Source: an uncultured Candidatus Saccharibacteria bacterium (GTDB taxonomy: Bacteria; Patescibacteriota; Minisyncoccia; Phycocordibacterales; Zambryskibacteraceae). From it: 58,770 nt of DNA. The stretch is from assembly GCA_964646785.1 (NCBI GenBank), contig CAZYGU010000002.1, positions 1-58,770 of the forward strand. Direction: 5' to 3'. The position numbers and the translations under genes were made by a program. Positions 11,401 through 20,400 of this stretch are shown here, piece after piece (the first letter of the stretch is position 1; the number at the start of each line of letters is the position of its first letter). Under the pieces are notes generated by a model that had not been told where the DNA came from, did not search any database, and worked only from the letters and a program-made list of their open reading frames with translations.

Positions 11401-14400
11401 AGAGCAATTGGAGGTACGATTACAGTTACTGTTGGTGGAAATGGAGGAACTGCTGGAGCTGGAGCTGCGGGCGGTGCTGGAGGATCAGGTAGTGGAAAAA
11501 ATGGAGTTGGAGGCGCGGGTGGAACTGGTGGTGTGATTGGTGCCGTGTATGCGGGAGGAGCAATCGGTTTTAACTCACTTGTATCAGTACTCATTGATAC
11601 AGTGTATTCAACAAACAATGTAGTTGTGACAGCAGGAAACGGAGGAGATGGAGGTGCTGGAGTAGCGGGTGTGAATGGTGCGGCAGGAAGTGCTGGAGGA
11701 GGAGGAGGTGGTGGGGGCGCAGTTGGTGTCGCTGTTTACGGTGGTGGGCTCGAAGGATACAACTCTGGTGCTGCACAAAATATTTTTAATTCTTATGCAA
11801 CAGGTAACGTTACTGTCACTGGAGGCAATGGTGGAACGGGTCAAGTTGGAGGTGCGGGTGCAGCTGCAATAAGTGCAGTTGTTGGAGGTGCTGGTGCCAA
11901 CGGTGGAATTGGAGGTGCCGGTGGATTCGCATATGGTGGAGGTCTTGTTGGTTTTACAAACACACTTGTTGCAATCGCATCAACAACAGCTTCAGGAAAT
12001 ATTACGGTTCTTGCTGGTAATGGTGGTAATGCAGGGAACGGTGGAGCAGGTAGCACGGGGGGTGCAGGTCAGGTTGGAGGTACTGGTGGAACCGGTGGAG
12101 CTGCGGGACTTGGAGGTGCATCTTATGCTGGGGGTTTAATTGGTCTTGTGACTTCAGGAGATATTTCAAATTCATATTCAACTGGATTTGTCCAAGGTAC
12201 TTCTGGTAATGGAGGAAACTCAGGAGCAGGTGGAGCAGGTGGAGCTGGTGGTTCATCGGTGGCTGGTACTGCTGGTACGGCTGGTACAGTTGGTGCAAAC
12301 GGTGGTGTGAACTATACCGGAGGATTGGTTGGCGATAACACGTCTTCGATTTTGAATTCATACCACATAGGTGGAGCAGTAACAGCTACAAGTGGAAATG
12401 GAGGAAATGGTGGAGCGGGAGGAAATGGAGGTGCATCAGGAAGTATTACAAACGGTACTGCGGTTGCTGGAGGTGCGGGAGGTAACGGAGGTGTTGGTGG
12501 AGCAGTTTCTGTTGGAGGTTTGGTTGGTCGAAATGGTGTTACTGCAGTTTCGGCAACAATTACAAATTCATATGCAACAACAAGTGTCACTGTGCTTGGT
12601 GGAAACGGAGGTAACGGAGGTGTTGGTGGAAATGGAGGAAATGGTTCAGCAGGCACAAATCACATTGGAGGCGTTGGCGGAGCTGGCGGAGCTGGAGGTG
12701 CTGCTGCTACTGGTCTTGCGACTTCTGTACAAGCAGGAGGTTTAGTTGGTCAAAATGTATTGGGAACTATTACTTCAAGCTATGCGCAAACTGGAACAGT
12801 AACTGCAACCGGTGGAAACGGAGGTACTCCTGCTCTTGGGGGAACAGGCGGAATTGGTACTGGTACTGCTGTATACGGTGCTGGTGGAGCAGGAGCAAAC
12901 GGAGGCGCAGGAGGAGCAGTTTATTCTGGAGGACTTGTTGGATACACAACTGGTGTTGTTGAAGCTGGGTCATATTCAATAACATCACTTGTTCTTACTG
13001 GTGGATCTGGTGCAAACGGAACTGCTGGTATTTCAGCTTCAAATAATACTGGTGCAGCAGGAAGTGTTCCTGGTGCAGGAGGTGCTTCTGGAGTTGTGTA
13101 TGCTGGAGGTCTTGCGGGATACTCAACTTCTGATGTGATTTCTTCTTATGCAAGTTATGATTCTGTTTCAGGAAAAGGTAACATCACAATAACAGGAGGA
13201 ACTCCAGGTAATGGTGGTAATGCAGGAAATGGAGGTTCAGGACTTGCGGCAGGAGGTGCGGGTGGGGCGGGAGGTCTTGGTACTGCCGGTATAGGAGGTG
13301 CAGCTTCTGGAGCTTTTGCTGGTGGACTTATCGGATTTAGTTCAGGAATCATAACTTCTTCATATGCAACTAATTTAACTATCTCAGGAACTGAGCAAAA
13401 TGGTGGACAAGGAGGAACTGGAGGTAACGGTGGAACTGGAGTCGGTGCATTTAATGGTGGTGTTGGTACGATTGGAGGAAACGGAGGAGCTGGGGGGGTT
13501 CGTGCTTTCGGAGGACTTGTAGGAGATTTCATATCAACAATTGGTACTATTCAAGGATTTTCATATTCGACAGTTAATATTTCTGTTACGAGTGGAAACG
13601 GGGGGCAAGGTGGAACAGGAGGAAATGGAGGTACATCTGGTGCGAGTCAATCAAGTGGAACCGCAGCAGTTGCAGGAGTTGGAGGTAATGGTGGAGCGGG
13701 TGCCGCTGCTTATGGTGGTGGATTAGTTGGACGTATTACTGGTACAACTCAAATAATGCGTATTTCAAATTCCAATGCCACTGGAAATGTTAGTGTTGTT
13801 GGTGGTAATGGAGGTAACGGAGGACAAGGAGGAAACGGAGGAAATGGTTCTACTGGAAGTGCTACCCATGCAGGTGCAACAGGAGGTTTGGGTGGTGTTT
13901 CTGGAGTTGGTGGTGAAGCAGATGCGGGAGGACTTGTTGGAGTCAGTAACCTTACATCAGGTTCAATTGATTTTCTTACACTAAATGCCACTGGTAACGT
14001 AAGTGCAACAGGTGGAAATGGCGGAACTCAAGGAACAGGAGGAAATGGAGGTGCGTCTGCATCTGGTGCCGCTGGAGGTGCAGGTGGTGGATCTGTATTA
14101 ACTCCGCCTGCGGGAGGTGCTGCGTATGCAGGTGGGCTTATTGGTATTCATAGGGTTACCATCACGCCAGCAGGAAGTGGGGTAATTAATTCATATGCGA
14201 CCGGAGTAGTGACTGCTCAAGGTGGAGTAGGTGCTGCTGGAAATACAGGTGGTAATGGTGGAACAGGTGGAACAATTGGTGGAGCAGGTGGCGCTGGTGG
14301 GGCATCAGGTATTGGCGGTGAAGCAGATGCAGGAGGACTTGTTGGACTTACAAGTGTCACAACTGGTTTCATTCACTACTTAGATAACCGTTCTGCAACT

Positions 14401-17400
14401 GGGACAGTAACTGCAACCGGAGGACAATCTGGTATTGGTGGGAATGCTGGTAGTTCAACTGTTGGCGGAAGTGGCGCTGGAGGTTCAACTGGTGCATCAG
14501 GTGCTAGTGCCGCTGGAGGTGCTGCATATGCAGGAGGACTTGTCGGACAAATAAACGCATCAGCAAGTAATAACTTACAGATTACAACAAATTATTCTAC
14601 TCGTAATGTGAGTGCAACCGGAGGAGCGAGTGGTAATGGAGGAGTTGGTATAATTGGAGGAAATGGTGGAACTGCTTCGATTGGAGGAGTCGGCGGAGCC
14701 GGAGGTGCTTCAGGTGCTGGTGGTGCAAGTTATGCTGGTGGACTTGTTGGAACAAATGGAACAGCTGCTCTTGCTGGTGGGGGAATTATCGAGGATGTTT
14801 CTTATGCGACTGGAAACGTTACTTCAACGAGCGGTAATGTTGGTGTGGCAGGAAATGGTGGGGATGGAGGCCAAAGTAATAGCGGAACAGCTACAACAGC
14901 TGCAGCTGGTGGTGCAGTAGGAACAACTGGAGCAGGAGGTGCTGCATATGCAGGAGGACTTGTTGGAATCAATGCAGCAACTGGAGTTATTTTAAATTCT
15001 TACGCTGCTGGATTAGTAACTTCACTTGCGAGAAATGGTGGACAAGGTGGAACAGGGGGAAATGGTGGAAGTGCATCATTAAGTACAGGTACAGGTGGGC
15101 CGGGAACTATTGGTGGCGCAGGTGGTGCTGGAGGTGATAGTTACGCTGGAGGACTTATTGGATACAACGTAAATGCACTCAACACCGTTACAACAAGTTC
15201 TGCAATTGGAGCAACTGTAAGTGGTACAAGCGGAAATGGTGGACAAGGTGGAACAGGGGGAAATGGTGGTGCTGCCGGTATTGCTGCTGCGGGAGGTGCA
15301 GCTGGTGCAGGTGCTGCAGCAGGAAATGCTGGAACTTTATATATCGGTGGGCTCATTGGAAGAAATGATGGAACTGTTCAAACATATTCATATTCAACTT
15401 CAAATGTAGTTGGAGTTGCTGGTACTGGTGGTACTGGTGGTACTGGAGGAAACGGTGCCGATGGTTCAGTAGGTACATCTGGTAATGGTGGAAACGGCGG
15501 AGTAGGTGGAGCTGCAGCAGCAGGAGGTGCTGGGGGTATAGCATACGCAGGCGGATTTGTTGGTAGAAACGAAACAACGAGAGTAATAAAGGATTCATAC
15601 TCACTTGGATCTTTGACTGTTAGTGGTGGAGCAGGAGGGGTTGGAGGATTAGGAGGAAATGGTGGGGATGGTGGAGATGGTGCATCAGCTGGAACTGGTG
15701 GTACTGGAGGAAATGCAGGTGCAAGTGGAGCTGGAACTGGTGGTGGTGTTAAATATGGGGGTGGTTTTGCTGGTTACAATCTTGGAAATATTCTAACTGT
15801 GTATTCATTAGGTTTGGTTTCTATAACAGGATCAGATGGTGGGGCTGGTGGTAATGGAGGGAATGCTGGTAATGGTGGAAACGGCGGTGCAACTGGAACT
15901 GGTGGAACTGGTGGTAACCAAGGTACCACTTCGAATGCTGGCAATGGTGGAGTACTTCATGCTGGTGGTTTAATCGGCTATAACTTTACTGCTGGGGTGG
16001 TTTCAAATTCATGGACAGCTGGAAGTGTGACAACATTTGGTGGTAATGGTGGAACAGCGGGAACGCGTGGTGCATCAGGAACTGGTGGAAATGGTGGGAC
16101 ATTGGCTGGTGGAAATGGTGGGACAAGTGTTGCAGGAAGTGCAGGTGGAGCGGGTGGAGCAAGCATTGCTGGAGGACTTGTTGGTTCAAATATTACAACA
16201 GGATCATTTACAAACAGTTATGCTTCAACAACTGTGACGATGACAGGAGGTAACGGGTCAATAGGTGGCACTGGAGGAAAGGGAGGAAATGGTGGAGTTG
16301 GTGGAATTGGTGGGTCTGGAAATGGTGGTACAGGACAAGCTGGATCAATTGGTGGAAATGGTGGTACAGGAGGTGCGGTAACAGGCGGAGGTTTGGTTGG
16401 TGATAATACGGGTGCAATTACGAATGCTTATGCCCAAGGAAATATAACTGCTTCTGCGGGGACTCCGGCAAATGGGGGTACTGGGGGCGCTGGAGGTAAT
16501 GGTGGTGCAGCTGGAGGAGGAAGTGTTGGTGTAAATGGAAGTGGGGCGAATGGAGGTCAGGGTGGAGCCGGAGCGAATGCATTGGTTGGAGGTTTACTTG
16601 GAAGTCAGGCCACTTCGCTTGCCTCAAGTACATATTCTTATGGTGTTCCAACTGCAACAAAATCTACTGGAGTTTCTGGAGGTGCTGGAGGCGCAGCCGG
16701 CACTGGCGGATCAGGTGGAAGCGCTGGTTCGACTGGTGCAACAGGAGCTTCTACAGCACTTCAATACGCAGGAGGAATTGTTGGAAACCCTGTGAGTGGT
16801 ACATGGGCATCAAGTTATTGGGACATTACTACATCAGGTAAAACTGATGGTGCTGGTAATGCGACAACCCCAACAAATACATTAGGAAAAACAACGACTC
16901 AAATGAAACAACAGGCAACATTTGTTGGCTGGGATTTCACTATTTTCCCTGTATGGGACATAGTGCAAACAACAACATATCCATACTTTAATTACCAGAC
17001 TACACCAGATGCTCCGACAAATGTCACCGCTGTTGCTGGTAATGGACAAGCAACAATTACATTTACTCCACCAGCAAATATGGGTGGCGGACAGATACTG
17101 TCATATACAGTGACATCATCACCTGGCGGATTTACTGCAACCGCAGGAGCTTCACCAATTGTTGTTACAGGTTTAACAAATGGTGTTGCATATACATTTA
17201 CTGTAACAGCAACAAATGCAAATGGAACCAGTGTTTCTTCAGCAACAAGTAATGCTGTTACACCGGCAACAGTTCCTGATGCACCTACAATTGGTACAGC
17301 TACTCGTGGTAATGGTCAGGCGACAATTACATTTACACCACCAGTATCAAATGGCGGATCAACGATTCTGTATTACACAGTCTCGTCTAACATTGGAGGA

Positions 17401-20400
17401 TTTACTGCCTATGGGGGAAGTTCACCGATTACAATTACAGGCCTTTCAAATGGTGTTTCATATACATTTACTGTAACAGCAACAAACGCAGTGGGAACAA
17501 GTACTGCTTCTGCAACTACAAATTCTGTAACACCAGCAACTGTTCCTGATGCACCAACAATTGGTACAGCAACAGCAGGAAATGGACAAGCAACAATTAC
17601 ATTTACACCACCAGTATCAAATGGTGGAGATTCAATTACATATTACACAGTAACATCAAATACTGGTGGGTTTGTTGCATACGGTGGCTCATCTCCGATT
17701 GTTATTACAGGCCTTTCAAATGGTGTTTCATATACATTTACTGTAACAGCAACAAACGCAGTGGGAACAAGTACTGCTTCTGCAACTACAAATTCTGTAA
17801 CACCAGCAACTGTTCCTGATGCACCAACAATTGGTACAGCAACAGCAGGAAATGGACAAGCAACAATTACATTTACACCACCAGTATCAAATGGTGGATC
17901 AGTAATAACTTCGTACACTGTGTATTCAAGCACAGGGGGATTCACTGCAACAGGAGGATCATCACCAATCACAATTACTGGACTCAGCAATGGAACGGCT
18001 TATACATTTACTGTAAAAGCTACAAATGCAATCGGAGATAGTGTTAGTTCATCTGCAACAAATTCTGTCACTCCAGCTACTGTTCCAGACGCACCAACAT
18101 CAGTAACTGCAGTTCGAGGAAATGGACAAGCAACAATTTCATTTAGTGCGCCGTTATCAGATGGTGGAAGTGCAATTACGTATTACACTGTGTATTCAAG
18201 TAGTGGAGGGTTGGTTGCATATGGTGCTAGTTCTCCAATTACAATTACAGGTCTTTCAAATGGTACATCATATGCATTCACAGTGACTGCGACAAACGCA
18301 GTTGGTACAAGTACTGTTTCATCAGCAAGTAATACTGTTTCTCCTGCTACTGTTCCCGATGCGCCGACAATTGGTACAGCAACAGTAGGAAATGGACAAG
18401 CAACAATTTCATTTACCCCACCGGTAAACGATGGATACTCATCTGTTTTGTATTACACCGTTACCTCAAATACTGGTGGCTTTACTGTGTACAGCGGCAC
18501 ATCACCAGTGGTTATTACTGGGCTTACGAATGGAACGACATATAACTTTACAGTGACTGCGACAAACGCAGTTGGTACAAGTTCACCATCAAGTGCTACA
18601 AATTCTGTTGTGCCTGTCACTGTGCCAAGTGCTCCTACTTCTGTAACAGCTACTGCTGGAAATGGACAAGCAACGATTTCATTTACTGCATCAGCATCTG
18701 ATGGCGGAAGTGCAATTACTACATATACAGTTTCATCAAACATCGGTGGATTTACAGCAACAGGAGGTTCATCTCCAATAACGATCACAGGACTTTCAAA
18801 TGGCACGACATATACATTCACGGTAACCGCAAGTAACGCATACGGAACAAGTACTCAATCAGCAACAAGTAATGCTGTAACACCGGCAACCGTTCCAGAT
18901 GCTCCAACTTCTGTAAGTGCAGTCATGGGTAATGGACAAGCAACAATTTCATTTAGCGCACCTTCATCAGATGGTGGAAGTGCTATAACGTATTACACCG
19001 TGTATTCAAACACTGGTGGATTTACAGCAACTGGCGGAAGTTCTCCAATTACAATCACTGGTTTAAATAATGGCACAACATATACATTCACAGTTAAGGC
19101 AACAAATGCAGTTGGGACAAGTACTGCATCAGGAACAAGTAATGCAGTTACACCAGCAACAGTTCCCGATGCGCCGACAATAGGAACCGCAACAGCAGGA
19201 AATGGTCAGGCAACAATTACGTTTACTCCTCCAGTAAATACAGGAGGTGCCTCAATTTCATACTATACAGTGACATCTAATGTGGGTGTATTCACAACAT
19301 ATAGCGCAAGTTCACCAGTTACTATTACTGGACTTTCAAATGGAACAACGTACACATTTACTGTCACGGCTACAAATTCAGTTGGAACAAGTACTGCATC
19401 AAGCCCAACAAATTCAGTCGTTCCAGCAACAGTTCCAGATGCACCGACTTCAGTTACTGCTGTTCGAGGTGACGGTCAGGCGACAATTACGTTTAGTGCA
19501 CCATCATCAGACGGCGGTAGTCCAATTACGATATATACTGTTGCTTCAAATATTGGGGGATTTGTTGCTACAGGTGGAAGTTCACCAATCATAATTACAG
19601 GTCTTAATAATGGAACCGCGTACACATTTACTGTGACTGCAAGAAACAGTGTAGGCACAAGTGCAAGTTCTACTGCATCAAATTCTATAACACCAGCATC
19701 TGCACCAGGCGCACCAACTTCCGTCACTGCTGTGCGTGGAAATGGAGAAGCAACTATCTCATTTAGTACGCCTTCATCAAATGGTGGAAGTGCTATTACG
19801 TATTACACAGTCTCATCAAATATTGGCGGGTTCACTGCTTACGGTGGTTCTTCTCCAATAACTATTACGGGTCTTTCTAACGGAACAGCATACACATTTA
19901 CCGTAACTGCAACAAATGCAGTTGGCACAAGTACACAATCGGCGACAAGTAACTCTGTGACACCAGCTACTTTACCCGATGCACCTACAGGAGTAACAGC
20001 TGTACGTGGTGATGGAGAAGCCACGATCTCATTTAGCGCACCTTCATCAGATGGTGGAAGTGCTATAACGTATTACACCGTGTATTCAAACACTGGTGGA
20101 TTTACAGCAACTGGCGGAAGTTCTCCAATTACAATCACTGGTTTAAATAATGGCACAACATATACATTCACAGTTAAGGCAACAAATGCAGTTGGGACAA
20201 GTACTGCATCAGGGACAAGTAATGCTGTTACACCGGCAGGTGCACCAGGAGCGCCAACAGGAGTAACAGCTGTACGTGGTGATGGTCAAGCTACAATTAC
20301 ATTCACGCCACCAATATCAAATGGTGGAAGTGCAATTACTACATATACAGTTACATCAAACATCGGTGGATTTACAGCAACTGGCGGAAGTTCACCAATT

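Noticed and set aside
5953-16795. Dozens of 60-136-aa ORFs in other frames and on the minus strand inside the giant gene, for example 7158-7457(-), 7557-7967(-), 9681-9977(-), 12312-12656(-) and 13155-13532(-). Many encode PPAPPxP or LELE/VEVE low-complexity strings.
   Set aside because: They are shadows of the GGN-rich coding frame. Reverse-complemented glycine codons give Pro-rich stop-free frames, and shifted frames give E/L/V/Q runs. They are fully nested in a 5,497-aa ORF that has coherent domain architecture.
7084-16840. Resemblance of the GGAGGNGG runs to mycobacterial PE_PGRS proteins or to collagen/silk-like proteins.
   Set aside because: The similarity is only compositional. The conserved inter-spacer cores (YAGGLVG...NSYATGNV) and the flanking lead-in and closing motifs fit the GLUG repeat family instead. 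There is no PE domain and no GXY triplet periodicity.
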